A DNA stretch of 64,000 nt from Octopus vulgaris (Eukaryota), in the NCBI GenBank assembly GCA_951406725.2, contig OX597823.1:53444001-53508000 (forward strand), written 5' to 3'. This document shows positions 13,742 to 27,199 of this stretch, piece by piece (position 1 is the stretch's first letter; every line of letters begins with the position of its first letter). Made by a program: the position numbers and the translations under genes. Below the pieces are notes generated by a model. It did not search any database. It had not been told where the DNA came from and was given only the letters and a program-made list of their open reading frames with translations.

Positions 13742-13953
13742 GGTTTCAAATTTTGGCACAAGGCCAGCAATTTCGACGGGAGGGATAAGTCGATTACATT
13801 GCCCCCAGTGGTCTACTGGTACTTATTTTATTGACTCCGAAAGGATGAAAGGTAAAGTCGACCTCGGCGGAACCTGAACTCAGAATGTAAGGACGGACGA
13901 AATGCCGCTAAGCGTTTTGCCAGGCGTGCTAACACTTCTGCCTGTTTACCGCC
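13742..13953 (-). mobile_element. SINE family B with 13-bp TSD
   Basis: Full-length; TGAAATTAATATT at 13729-13741 and 13961-13973. Confidence 0.92.
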
Positions 13954-13986
13954 TTCTTAATGAAATTAATATTAATCACTAAAATA

Positions 13987-14165
13987 AGGTAGTGAATTGA
14001 CAGAATAATTAGCACAGCGAGTAAAATGCTTAGCGGCATTTCGTCCGTCTTTAAGTTCTGAGTTCCACCGAAGTAGGTTTTGCCTTTTATCATTTCTGGG
14101 TCGATGAAACAAGTACCAGTTGAAGACTGGGGTCGATGAAAATGGTGGTCTTGTACCAAAATCTA
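13987..14165 (+). mobile_element. SINE family B (diverged), head-to-head with the previous copy
   Basis: AAATGCTTAGCGGCATTTCGTCCGTC...TTTGCCTTTTATC...AAGTACCAGTTG..CTGGGGTCGATG. Confidence 0.82.
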
Positions 14166-14454
14166 ATTGCTAAAATTAGTAGTAAAACACAAGTGTTCCT
14201 AATTAAATCGATCACGGTATATTACCTATAATTATTTTATTCATTCCCACATCTCAGTAAGTTTGTAAAAAAAAAAAAAAGAAAAGTAGTTAACTTCCAC
14301 CTCTGTAATTCGAACTCAAAACGTTGAACAACCTAACTTAAACGAGTGTGCCTGAAACGCTACAGACTCTGCCGTCAGCTGCTCTTCATTAAATTGATAC
14401 TTATTCCTAACATTAGCACAATACATATTTTTTGCGGTAAGGAACAGTAGAGTC

Positions 14455-14582
14455 ATGTGACCCCCAGTACTTGACGGATACTTATTTAACGACCTTCCGA
14501 ACGATGAAAAGCAAAATCTACCCCGGTGAGATTTTGAATTCAGGATGTTAATAGACTTAAACAAATACCACAGGGCATATTT
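14455..14582 (-). mobile_element. Decayed SINE family B fragment
   Basis: GACCCCCAGTACT...GATGAAAAGCAAA...TTTGAATTCAG matches the family B reverse complement. Confidence 0.55.
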
Positions 14583-15734
14583 TTTCTTTCTTTTTTTCCC
14601 ATTATTCTGCTGATGCAGTCATCTATTGGCCCTTGAAAGAAATTAATATTGCAAACTCTACATCTAACAAAGCTGCTGGTGTTTGGTCCAAAAACACATA
14701 AAAGAATCATATTAGGAAGAAAACACAAAACCAAGCCGACATCTAGAAAGAGCTTGATTAATTTTGTATTAGTATTTCAATTATTATGCCTCAGGTATTC
14801 TCAGATTCAGAAATATATGAATCTTCTTTAGCTTGCAATATGAGCAGAAACAGAAGCAATAACAAAACAAACAGCAGCAGCAACAACGACAACAACACCA
14901 GCGACAACTACAACGGCAATTACAGTAACGGCAATAACAACATGAGCAAGAGCAGTGTAGAAATCATAGCATTGATATTGGTATCGTGAAAGAAGCATTG
15001 TTGAATTCTTTGTATTGATCTTAATATCGTAAGCAAGACAATGTTAGAATCCTCTCTTTGATCCAGAAAACTTGCGACTCTAACAATGAGGCCATTGCAC
15101 GTAATATTGTTTATAACTAGAATTACTCAATTGATACACCGGTTCAAACCATGCTATAGCATACCGTACATAAATCCACGACCACGGCTCCTTCAACTCT
15201 GATCGCTACTTGCTATTTAGTTCAAATAATCGAAGAAAAGTCGATGGAATCGGAGGAAATGAATACAAGAAAGAAATTTAAAGGCTGAATAAATGATTTA
15301 GCAAGAGAAGTATTTTGTAGATGAACATACAGACCTCCAATTAAATGTTAGAAATGTTCCCACGTTGGTCAGTTCAAACGTGAAATGGAAGAAAACAAAT
15401 ACAAAGCGCTCGTTCTAATTACAAGAGAGGGAAATATTTGCTATAAGCTTTCGGAATGTTCCAGATAAGATATGTCGACATATTTTGACGTCTGGAAACA
15501 AATACAGCAAATAATTCGTTTATTAAACTTCAAATACAAAGGTGTTGTTCAAAGAATTTTTCTCTAATGCATATATATATTAGCAATAGCTATTGGCAAT
15601 GAACCATTTCTGGAAACTACTCGCCGATTGTGTGTATATATGTATGTATAAATACACAGGCATACAACTATACATATAGAGAGTCCTGTATGTGCATAAT
15701 ATATACATATGGACATACAATACATAAATATATG

Positions 15735-15791
<57 letters not shown>

Positions 15792-15840
15792 TATTTATTT
15801 ATACGTACATATAAATAGATATATATTTACATATACATAC

Positions 15841-15886
<46 letters not shown>

Positions 15887-16446
15887 AAAAAGGTGGCATA
15901 GAGGAGCGGTAAAAGAATTCACGGGCGAAAGAAACACAAAACACACACACAAATAATGGGCGCAGGTACGCGCAACACCTCATCAGATATCGACCAAATA
16001 TCTCAATATAATATATATACGTATGGTAGAGCATGTTTGTGTAATAGGACTGATATACATGTATGCTTAGTATGCACAACACACACACGCATTTATATAA
16101 ACATACATATATATATATACAAATGTAAATACTGGTTTATGCGTCTGTGTATGTATAAAATACATATATAAAATATATATTATAGATATATATTTATATA
16201 CAAATATATTACATAATATATAAACAATATAATATATTATAACATATGTAGCAGGAATATATATTACATATGTAATTATAATATATATATATATATATTT
16301 ATTATATACATAATTATAAAATAAATATACCATATATAAGGTAAATAAGGTATATCATACATATATGTATAATTTTTATATATATATGAGAATATATAGT
16401 AAATATAAAATGTCATATATATATATATATATATATATTTTCTCTC

Positions 16447-16476
16447 TAGTTTCAGCTCAGATCTGCGGCCATGCTG
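16447..16476 (-). mobile_element. 30-bp terminal stub of the CR1-like LINE / SINE A tail
   Basis: Reverse complement CAGCATGGCCGCAGATCTGAGCTGAAACTA matches the shared tail; similar stubs at ~8222-8272 (+) and ~52395-52460 (+). Confidence 0.6.
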
Positions 16477-16491
16477 ATCTCTCTCTCTCTC

Positions 16492-16523
<32 letters not shown>

Positions 16524-16603
16524 TGTATGTATGTATGTATGTATGTATGTATGTATGTATGTATGTATGTATGTATTTATGTATGTATGTGTGTATATAT
16601 GTA

Positions 16604-16663
<60 letters not shown>

Positions 16664-16691
16664 ATATCTATATTATAAGAATAGATATATA

Positions 16692-16735
<44 letters not shown>

Positions 16736-16765
16736 AGATATCTAGATGTTATATGTATTATATAT

Positions 16766-16810
<45 letters not shown>

Positions 16811-16830
16811 GTGCATATATATATATACCT

Positions 16831-16920
<90 letters not shown>

Positions 16921-17012
16921 TGTGTAGCTAACCTAATAACTTATAAACATCTAATAATTAAAGTGGAAAAATTGTCAGAAAAACCATTTCTATTTATTTT
17001 TATATGTGTGTG

Positions 17013-17049
<37 letters not shown>

Positions 17050-17148
17050 ATACATATTATATAATACATAATATAACGTCTAACACATGTACACACACCT
17101 ACACACACGCACACATATGTACACATATACATATGCAAAAATAAATTC

Positions 17149-17195
<47 letters not shown>

Positions 17196-17491
17196 TGTAT
17201 GCCGATGCATAAGCGCACGCACGTATGTGTAATATGCGAAAATGACGAGCTTTCTATTTAATATACTCATACTATATTTTATCTCTTTGAAGATGTCGTA
17301 AATTTACACAATATAGAAATAGTCAATTGCAGATTCTCTTTTCTCTTTTGTACAGTTTTCAACAGTGTATCATTATACACACACGCACACACACACACAC
17401 ACACATACCATCACCACCACCACCACCACCACACCATACACACCACTACCACACCATGCACACACACACACAAACATGCAATACGTGCACA

Positions 17492-17535
<44 letters not shown>

Positions 17536-17605
17536 TAGACACAATCTGCAATTTACAGAATCGCGCGCGCGCGCGGACCAACACACGCATCTATACTTCT
17601 TTGCA

Positions 17606-17663
<58 letters not shown>

Positions 17664-18489
17664 CCTAATTCTTTTCTATTCGCTGAGCTCATAGAAGTAG
17701 TGACTCAACAGCAAAACGTTTTGTGAGAAGACACGAAATAGAATTTTACATATATATATATATATATATATATATACGTGTGTGGCTCTCTCTAAATATA
17801 TATATATGTGTGTGTGCGTATGTGTGTGTGTGTAAGTGTGTGTGTGAATGTATGCATGTATGTATGTATATATGTATGTATATGCATATGTATATATATG
17901 TGCGTGAGTGTATGTTTATTTGTATGCATATATATATACATACTTACATACATATACATATATATATATATATGCATATACACATACGCACATACATATA
18001 TACATATATATACACACACACACACACAGACACACACATATATATGGAACTAACAATATTAAGAACACCTTGTGTTTAGCATACTTCTTCATGTGTGTGT
18101 GCCTGTGTGTGTGTGTTAACAAGTACCATCCATCCTATTGATCAAATGCTTTTAGTCTTATATTTTACATCTTTACATATTCTCAATTAAAATTTTCCTG
18201 GGGTTGATTTTACCCTTACTTTCTCTTGCTCCCAGCAAGGTCAATATATTTCTGCTCCAGTTTTTTGCTTTCGAAATGTATAATCGTTGTAATATTTGAC
18301 TTGCGTTTTCGTAGGTGTTGCCTTAATTTGTATCCGGTAGTGATGTCCTAATCCAGATCTGCCTCTCGGCCACTATTGTTTTCAACTCTACCCTGACCCG
18401 TAGTAGTTGCACCTGTCAGGGTCCCATCCATGGGTTAATTAGCATGTCACAGGAATGTCTTCCTGAGAAGTTCCCTCTCAGACAGCCTG

Positions 18490-18631
18490 CACACAAAGCT
18501 TTGGGCGGACGGGGCTGTAGTGGAAGACTCTTGCTCAAAGTAGTATGCAGGCATGCAGTGGGACTGAACCCAGAACCTTGTGGCTGAGAAGCAATCTTCT
18601 TACCACATAGCTACGTTACACCACGCCTGCG
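18490..18631 (-). mobile_element. SINE family A, 5' part only
   Basis: GCAGTGGGACTGAACCCAGAACC...CTTCTTACCACA is the reverse complement of the tRNA-like head. Confidence 0.75.
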
Positions 18632-19738
18632 ACTATGAGAAAGAAATATTGCAATCTATTCACGAATGTATCAAAATCAGTAAATAAAATAACTGGAAGT
18701 CATAGGAGCCACTAGTTATTTTGTTATCAGATATTTAAATGCATTGTGGCTCTACCTTCTAAATATAGCAACAAAATTCTTTCTCTACGCATACTTCTAT
18801 GAAAGACAACGGTCCTATTAGCTAATATGTTCCTAGATACGTTATGCCTGGAATAACAACTGGTATCTATCTTATAAGCTACACTGCTATTCACATTGTC
18901 TTTTTCAAATGTATTCTTCTCACTGTTAAAAAGAAATTAAGTCGCACTATTTTGTTTTTATGTCATTTCATTCTGCAAGAGACACCTTTTGTTGTATTAT
19001 AAAGATTCATTGATCCAATTCTAAAACCAAGCAACAGGCTTTATTCAATACTTGTTATCATGCAGGTTTTGTACAACAACAATAAATAGTTATGTCATAT
19101 TCAGTTTTAGATGCTCTTTATTCAATTTTTTCCTCATTCTGTAAACTAAAACTGCTACTTTTGTGTTATATGCATCTGCCTGAAAGCAAAATGCGTCCAA
19201 ATAATTTCGTTTCAACATTTTTCATAATTTTTCTGCATTAAATAAATCTGATCAGATCAGTCTTAGTTTATTAAGGTCTTCTACTCTTCGAACTATTCAC
19301 ATAAATTTATGGAAGAGAGAAGAAAAACAAAACAAAAAAAGACAGCTCTGACATTGAAATACTATAAAATAAGACATTATAATACCAAATTCAATGGCTT
19401 CAACGCAGCCAAAATTGGTTCGGAATAATAACGATGTTGCTATAATATAATGTCATAGAGCAATTTATTACATGTTAAAATATCACGAAAAACTACTGAA
19501 TGTCTGAACTAGATTCTCCGACTTATGCTACGGATGTCTACCTGACAGGTAAGGAAAAAATAAGTATGGCGGATGGAGATGTGAGTAGTTCCGATTTAGA
19601 CTTTAACTGTTCTGTTAACACTAGTAGCGCATGCCAGATCTTTTATTGATAAAGTGTGCCGTCTGTGCTCCTGCTAACTTCTACTAAGATACACTATTAG
19701 TAGATTGGTAGCCAATATGCACTCAACTGTTAGTAAGT

Positions 19739-20032
19739 GAAAGCATGTAGCTTAGCGGTTAGGGTATTCGGCTCGCGATCGCAAGGTCGTGAGTTCGGTT
19801 TCCGGCAGCGAGTTCTGTCCGTGAGCAAGACTCTTTATTTCACGTTTCCAGTCCACTCAACCGGCAAAAATGAGTAGAACCTGTGTCACGCTAAATCTCA
19901 CTGAGAACTACGTTAAGAGTATACATGCTTGCGGAGTGCTCAGCTATATTTCACGTTAATTTCTTGAGCAGGTTGTTCCGGTGATCGGATTAGCTGGAAC
20001 CCTCGTCGTCGTAACTGACGGAGTGCCTGTTA
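19739..20032 (+). mobile_element. tRNA-derived CORE-like SINE, family C (tail type 1)
   Basis: Box A TAGCTTAGCGG, box B GAGTTCGGTTTCC, GTCCGTGAGCAAGACTCTTTATTTCAC; homologous along its length to 22109-22408. Confidence 0.85.
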
Positions 20033-20583
20033 TTATTACTAAATTTTATCCATCGCCCAGTTTAACAACATCATCTGTTCTTTAAGTGTCATTAATGGAA
20101 TCCACTCTGTTGGAATCAATCGAGTAAAGTCTCCAGGTCTGAGGTTAACATCTTTCCACAATCAATCTTTCAGATCCTGAAAATGTATCGAGTGTGCTAC
20201 CCGTTCTCCTCTCACTAAACAATAAAGAAAAATCCTCTAGCAGTTATGTGTCACTAACCTGTATCAGCCATTCTACAAACACGTATTAGATATTCTATAA
20301 GTAAATTATTCCAGTTATATTGTTGATAAACTTACGCCAGTTATATACCATTGGTGTCCTATAGCAGCTATACCATTAGTAGAACTATAACAGATATTCT
20401 ATTTGTAACTATACTATTTTATTTGATAAACTTATGCTAGTTTCTCTGTTTGTAGTCTATTCTAACTATACTCTCTGTATCTTATACAATCCATTTTATT
20501 AGATACTAGTGTATCTAAACTGTTTTTATTTGTTGTGTTTTGTTTTTCTATCGGTAAACATCGCGTAATTAATATTCAATAAG

Positions 20584-20701
20584 CCAAAGTCTTTGCCTTT
20601 CATCCTTCTGGGGTCGGTAAAACAAGTACCGGTTGTACGCTGGGATTGATGTAATCGACTTATCCCCCTGGATTCCTGGCCTTGTGTCAAAAATTGAAAT
20701 C
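20584..20701 (+). mobile_element. 5'-truncated SINE family B with TSD
   Basis: Body and tail only; AATATTCAA(T/C)AAG at 20571-20583 and 20702-20714. Confidence 0.82.
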
Positions 20702-20964
20702 AATATTCAACAAGTGCTTGACTATGAATTTAACAGCATCTGAGCACTGAAACCAAATAGAACAATTTAGTGCTTTAGGTGAAATTTCTAGTTCAAATTT
20801 TTATCAGATTCTTCTTTGATGTTCGCCCGAATGAGGTTTATAAGATTTACTGTCTAGATTCATTTGACAATGTTCCACTTTAAAAAAATTGGTCATGTAG
20901 TTAAAAAGTGTTTTATACTTCAGAAATATGGATTTTTTTCTTTCTTTTTTGGCTTTATTCTTTA

Positions 20965-21250
20965 ATCAAAAGATCAGCCCTGACATAACAGACGTGTGCT
21001 CAAAAACTTTTTCACCATCATTATCTCATTTAAGAGTAATGTAAAGCTACGCGATCTCATTGCATCCAGTCATATTTACAATGCTATGGTGTGATTTAAG
21101 AAAGATATGGTTGCTATATCTAGCAAACCGAGTGGCCGCGAAGAGAATCGTTCATTGTTTTGCGAAATCTGAATGTAGTTCAGTAGAGACAGCTATCAAG
21201 GAAATGGATTTGACTAGCATATGGCTGCTATATCTAGCAGATCGTGTGAC
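20965..21250. repeat. Old dispersed repeat family D with a locally duplicated motif
   Basis: ATATGG(T/C)TGCTATATCTAGCA occurs twice (~21105, ~21219); related motifs near 30680, 58500 and 60780. Confidence 0.5.
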
Positions 21251-21329
21251 TGACACTGCAGAGTATCAACTCACGAAACCTGAGTGTTGTTCAGGAATCG
21301 GATCAACAGTATCAGTGACAGTCACATTC

Positions 21330-21598
21330 TTGATGATGATGATGATGATGATGATGACGACGACGCCGACGACGACGACTACGACTACGACGACGTTGAT
21401 GATCATTATGACAATGATGATGATGACGATCACAATCACGATGATGTTTATGATGATGACGACGACGACGACGAGGTGGATGACGACGTTGATGATGATG
21501 ATGATGATGATGATGACGACGACGACGATGACAATGATGACGACAACGACGACGACGACGATGACGATGATGATGAGGAGGAGGAGGCTGATGATGAC
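21330..21598. repeat. (GAT/GAC)n trinucleotide tract
   Basis: Direct inspection; source of the poly-D/M/T ORFs. Confidence 0.95.
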
Positions 21599-21699
21599 AT
21601 TTCCCAAATTATGATGATTTTCTGTTTTTATTATCATAATAATATTTAGGCTGAGACACCGGACAAATTTTTAAAAAACTATTGAAACTAACATTAAAA

Positions 21700-21992
21700 A
21701 CCACATAACCATATCAACGAGACTGTCGGTTATTGTTATACACCGCTAGTCACAGTGTACTTCCACACATTGTTGTAATTTTATCGCCCCGCTGCCTATG
21801 AGGGTAAGCGAGCATTTTCCCTGGACTGAACGTTAGTCCTTGGCAGGGTTACTGATTTAGAGCTAAGTGGACTGAAAAAGCATGAAATAAATTTTTTTTG
21901 CTCAAGAACACAATGCAATGCCGGCTTGGGGATTGAAACCATGATCTTACGATAGTGAGTGCAACACTCTAACTACTAACCCATGCGCCTTC
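21700..21992 (-). mobile_element. CORE-like SINE family C (tail type 2, V-domain-like block)
   Basis: Minus strand: GCGCATGGGTTAGTAGTTAG head, GGTTTCAATCCCC box B, TGTGTTCTTGAGCAA, then GTAACCCTGCCAAGGACTAACGTTCAGTCCAGGG. Confidence 0.75.
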
Positions 21993-22108
21993 GCGCGCGC
22001 ATACACACATACACATGAGTGTGTATGTGTATGTGTATGCGTTCATTTCTCTGTAAGTGTAATAAGGGCCATCGTGGTTTAGATGCTTCTTAGTCACTCT
22101 TACCAGAT

Positions 22109-22408
22109 GAACACGCATGGCTTAGTAGTCAGGGTATTCGGCTTACAATCGCGAGGTCGTGAGTTCGATTCCTGGCCTCGTGTGTTTCCTTGAGCAAGAC
22201 ACTTTATTTCAAGTCGTTACTCCAGTCCCGTCAGCAGGCAAAAATGAGTAGCACCTGTATTTCAAAGGGCCAGCCTTGTCACGCTGGATCTCCCTGAGAA
22301 CTATGTTAAGTGTATGCGTGTCTGTGGAGTGCCTAGCCACTTGCACGTTAACTTCACAAGCGGATCAACTGGAACACTCGTCGTCGTAACTGACAAAGTG
22401 CCGGTTAC
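22109..22408 (+). mobile_element. CORE-like SINE family C (tail type 1)
   Basis: TGGCTTAGTAG, GAGTTCGATTCC, CCTTGAGCAAGACACTTTATTTC; ends CTCGTCGTCGTAACTGAC..AGTGCC like 19739-20032. Confidence 0.85.
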
Positions 22409-23223
22409 TTTCACTTTCAGTAATACAGTGAACGAGTAATTGAGGCACTGGAAACCTTTAATTAATGGCGCTATTGTTCACAAATTGCGATACAAATAAA
22501 TAAATAAATAAATAAATAGCAATTAATTTTCCCTTCTAACAACGTGTAATGTATTAGTTGTGTTTGCGGATGTGTGGTTAATGAGGGACACGATGAAGTT
22601 TGCAGAAAAACAAAACAAAAAAAGACAACAACAAAAAGAGGGATGCAAATGGACCTTAAAAGATCTAAACAAACCACTAAGGAAAAAAGGATTGTGGTAA
22701 CACTACCAAGCTCTAATCAAAATGGTTAATGAAGTTTACAGCTCAGCACAAATAGCTTTTGAACTCCGCAATGTGTCGTTGTGACAGCATTACTTAAATA
22801 CATAAATACACACACGCACAACACAAACACACACATATATGCATGCAACTTACGTATTTATGAATGTATATATATATATATAAATGTGTGTGTGTGTGTG
22901 TGATGTATGTTTATGTGCTAAACTGAAGCTTCTCACAATGCACCGCATCATGAGAGAAGCCCGGCAATCATCTTCAAAGTACTTTATATAGCAAGACCCA
23001 CAGATCTGTATTTAAGCTTATAGTGTGAAGCCATGCTAGAGAGTTTGACAGGAATTACACAACTCTTCCCCCCGTCCTTACACTTTCTATGTTAAAGAAG
23101 AGTTAGTCTTCCGACATTGCAGAATGAGAAACAATGAAACAGCAGTCATTGATAGTGTTTTAATAATTGACGAAGATAAAAACCACATACCTGAAGTAAT
23201 TTTTTTTCTTTTTTTTTTAATGT

Positions 23224-23356
23224 CAGACGTGGCTGTGTGGTAAGAAACTGGCTTGCCAACCATATGGTTCTGGGTTCAGTCCCCGCTGCGTGGCACCTTC
23301 GGCAAGTGTCTCTGGTGGACAGAAATTGAAAGAAGCCCTTCATATAGCTAGCTAAC

Positions 23357-23426
<70 letters not shown>

Positions 23427-23647
23427 TACACATATATATATATGTGTGTGTGTGTGCGCGTTTTTATGTCTGTGTTTGTCCCTCAACACCGCTAACGGTT
23501 CGGCAAAAGAGACTGATAGAATATGTACAGGTTTTTTTTAAAAAATTAAGTACTAGGGTCGATTCATTCGCCTAAAAATTCTTCAGGGCGGTGTCCTAGC
23601 TTGGCTGCAGTCTAATGACTGAAACAAGTAAAAAATTAAAGATAAAG
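23224..23647 (+). mobile_element. SINE family A with internal deletions and (GATA)n
   Basis: Head, GCACCTTCGGCAAGTGTC, GAAAGAAGCCC, tail GACTGAAACAAGTAAAA. Confidence 0.87.
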
Positions 23648-23699
23648 GATTAGAAATCATTAAAAGTTTATTGATGGAATTAAAATATCTCGAAAGATC

Positions 23700-24200
23700 T
23701 AAGTTTCTACGAGATTTCTTCAATCGAAACCTGGTACTGTCCCACTATGTTTGGAAGGAAATATTTTTTCCACATCTTTGAGAGCATTATCTCAAAGTAT
23801 CCAAACCTACCGCAATATACTTCATTTGTATGTCAGTGACTCGTGTACCATTTCAAGTGGGATAATTTCATATAATAGACAAAAGATACAAAGAACAATA
23901 ATGACGATTTTCGTAGATTTCTTCGAAACCTGCGTAGTCTTCTTTAAATCCTGCTTTATATATAAATGTAACGAGTATAGAACAGATAAATGTTCGATAA
24001 ATTAGTAGAGTTTTGTGCCAGTAAGAGAAGATATGTCGTTGTTAAAGATTTAGATGGAATTCTTAGTTTAAAAGCTGGATGTTTCTTCAATTAATAAACA
24101 TTTCAAAAGTCGGATCGAATGTTCTTGCTTCCAGTTCTAATATTGCCAATTTTGTGAACGAGATTCATTTTAATGGCTGTTTCCAAAACAGTTTTTATCT
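23700..24200 (-). mobile_element. Possible very old LINE RT remnant
   Basis: Weak minus-strand echoes of NYR.ISL and EEQAGFR motifs (e.g. GAAGACTACGCAGGTTTCGAAGA); heavily broken. Confidence 0.3.
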
Positions 24201-24678
24201 CTCTGCAAACTAGCAAGGAAAATAAAATGAAATAACACTACAATCTAACTCCTCCTCCTCCTACTCCTCCTCTTCCTCGTTCTCCTCTTCTTCTCTTCTA
24301 TATAGAAGTATGTGTGAAGTGTGTATATTTATAGATATGTATGTATATGTGTGTGTGTGTGTATGCGCGTGTATGTATGTATGTATGTATATATATGTGT
24401 GTATGTATGTATTTATGTATATATGTGTTTATGCATATATATATGTGTATATGCATATGTATATGTATGTATACATGCATAAATATATGTAAATATACAC
24501 ACGTATATAAGTATATAAGTGTTTGTTTACATACATCAATTGATATATGAATATATATAGTTGTTCATGTATATACATACATATATATGTGTGTGTGTAT
24601 AAATATATATATACATATATATATGCATATATATATTTATAAATATATATATATATATATACATACATATATACATAT

Positions 24679-24722
<44 letters not shown>

Positions 24723-25698
24723 ATGTATGTATGTATGTATGTATGTATGTATGTTTGTATGTATGTATATACATATATGGACGCATACATCAATACTCTA
24801 TATGTGTATATATGTGTGTGTACATACATATATATATGTATGCATATATATTTCTCTCCTCTTCTCTCTCTCTCCCTCTTTCTCTCTCTCTCCCTCTCTC
24901 TCCCTCTCTCTCTCTCTCTCTCCCTCTCTCTCTCTGTCTCTCTCTGTCGGTGCACTCATGTAAAGAGCGAACGATTAAAGGGAGAAAATTATAAAGCTAC
25001 CCACTAAATGGAGAGGAGGCATAAATTTCATCACGTCAGTTATACGTAACAGAAACATCATTCCAGGTCAGCTTAATGTGTTTACTGTGAGGCATGGCAA
25101 GAACAAAAGAACACAAAGAGGATAACATCATTGACAGCAGTAGTGGAGTTAGTGTAGCAATAATGGTAGTTATAGCATCACCAGCAGCATCAGAAGCGGC
25201 AGTGAAGGTGATGGCGGCGGCGGCGATGATGGCGGTGATGGCGGCGGCAGAAATAAGCAAAAGTACTATTACTTTTATTTTATTGTTTTACTTTATTGTT
25301 TTTACTTTATTTTATTTTATTCTATTTCATTTTTTTTTTTTTTTTTTTTTTTTTTTACGAAATTATGATTCTTTAGACGTACGAGAGCCATGAAAACGGC
25401 TTCTCTTAATAATTTATCCATCAAAACAGAAAATTAGGTAGCAGAAGAGCCACAGGATACAATGTGCTTTCTCCACCACCACCACCACCACAACTATCAG
25501 CACTACAAACCAATAAGATACATTTTTAAACATTAGACACTTTAAATATATTCCAACCGATGGAAATGTTAAAGATCAAGAGATAGTAGTACAAAGAATT
25601 CTATTTAAAAGCAATATTGCTTATCCTTCAGTCTGTACCATTTCCAAATACTATTCCATCGATTTACTTCTATCTTTTCTATCATTTTTCTGGACTTG

Positions 25699-25742
<44 letters not shown>

Positions 25743-26991
25743 TAGTATTTTTTTTATTACTTTATTTTTTTTTTTTATTTCATAGAAAGAGATATTTAGT
25801 ATATTATTTCTATATCCAGTAAAATGGTATCTACGCATTTTAGTATAAGCGTTAAGCTAAGGGGCATAACTATTTATTACGCATGAACCACGAGAATTAT
25901 TATTTTTTTTTAAGGATTGGAGTGGTGGGGAAATGGTAACAGGCAAACAAATAACCATGTGATGTTGTGAAATTCATGGCTTGGCTTACCCAACGAATAT
26001 CTAACATGAAACGCTAAGGGAACCGATTCATCTGGCAGTTATTAAAACCGGATCAAAGACGTCACTACAAGATCTTGCTTGGATAAGGGGCAAAACGACT
26101 GTCGTAAGAATGCATCGGGATTATTTCCTTATACATGTACATGATGTGACGCCGTGACGTTCATACTTTTGCCGAAAAGTGTCAGCAGCGGAAGTATTGT
26201 GAAACTGCTTCTGACACGGATTTAATCTTCGTCTCGATCTGAACTCAGTGTACACGTGTTGTGACCTGTCGTGTGTGTGCGCGCACGCGAGTGTACTGCG
26301 ATTCTTTTTAATAGCGAAAAATAACTGTATATTAACGTACGGTAATGAATGTTGCATTGTGGCATTTATGCCTTTCCAAAAGATAGCAGTAACATAGCAG
26401 CTGAAATGAAGAGAAATGGTTTCGACTGGAATTTCTTATTGATTAGCTCCGGGTCAGATGTGATCGGTAACGTTTTGATCTAAGGCATTCCAGCTTAGGC
26501 CATCCCGACTATTTCTGTGTGCAGGACGTGGCTCTGAGGACCACGTTGCCTAATACTTCAGTTTTTAAACCCATATGGTAGGATTTTAGAGAGATTTTCT
26601 AAAATCTAGAACGACAGCGTAGTCTTGTTTTGTTGTTCAATCAAGTATTTTGCCTTGAGAAGATAAAGGCCCTCTGCGTAAAATATCTAGAATTTGGTAC
26701 TTACAGGTAATGACACCGTGAAAAACTCGTATACAAAGAAAGAAACGTGGAGAAGTAAATGGTATTGCCTTACTCAGTTTTTTATTCAATTCAATAGAAA
26801 CTCGAAAAAGTATTGATATATATATATATATATATTAGAGATGTCACTAAATGTGACTAGGGTGTTAGGAAACATCTACATTGCTAGAAATAAGAACTAA
26901 ACCGTTCTAATGCAGTAGGCAACACATATGGATGAAAACATATACACTAACATGGATCATAATCGTCCGAAAAGTGCTGATCGACTATTGA

Positions 26992-27038
26992 TAATACTGA
27001 CGCGTCAGTTTCGACAATTTCCATTGCCTCATCAGTTA
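26992..27038 (-). ncRNA. Canonical minimal type I hammerhead ribozyme with palindromic helix III
   Basis: Minus strand reads TAA-CTGATGA-GGCAAT-ggaa-ATTGTC-GAA-ACTGACGCGTCAGT-A-TTA. All core bases are intact, helix II is 6 bp with a GNRA loop, helix III is a perfect 14-nt palindrome, the triplet is GTA and helix I is 3 bp. Confidence 0.85.
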
Positions 27039-27199
27039 AGACCGCTCGAATGTTTGGCTATAGCCACATTTAATGACACTTGCAATTTTCCTTTTTAGTG
27101 AAACATTGCAAACTACTGTTTATAATAATTTTATATATATATGCATACATATATATATTATAAATAGTATTACACGTGTTATATTTTTGTATATCAGAA

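Noticed and set aside
15459-15497. 14-bp palindrome ATATGTCGACATAT inside a 7-bp inverted repeat
   Set aside because: Short enough to arise by chance in AT-rich sequence.
19511-19546. 36-nt plus-strand micro-exon ending ACAG/GTAAGG
   Set aside because: No polypyrimidine tract at the acceptor and no supporting neighbouring exons.
20285-20445. Degenerate ~20-nt minisatellite; also an 8-nt GGA(C/G)TGCT repeat at 12510-12570
   Set aside because: Ordinary decayed tandem repeats with no distinct spacers or structure.
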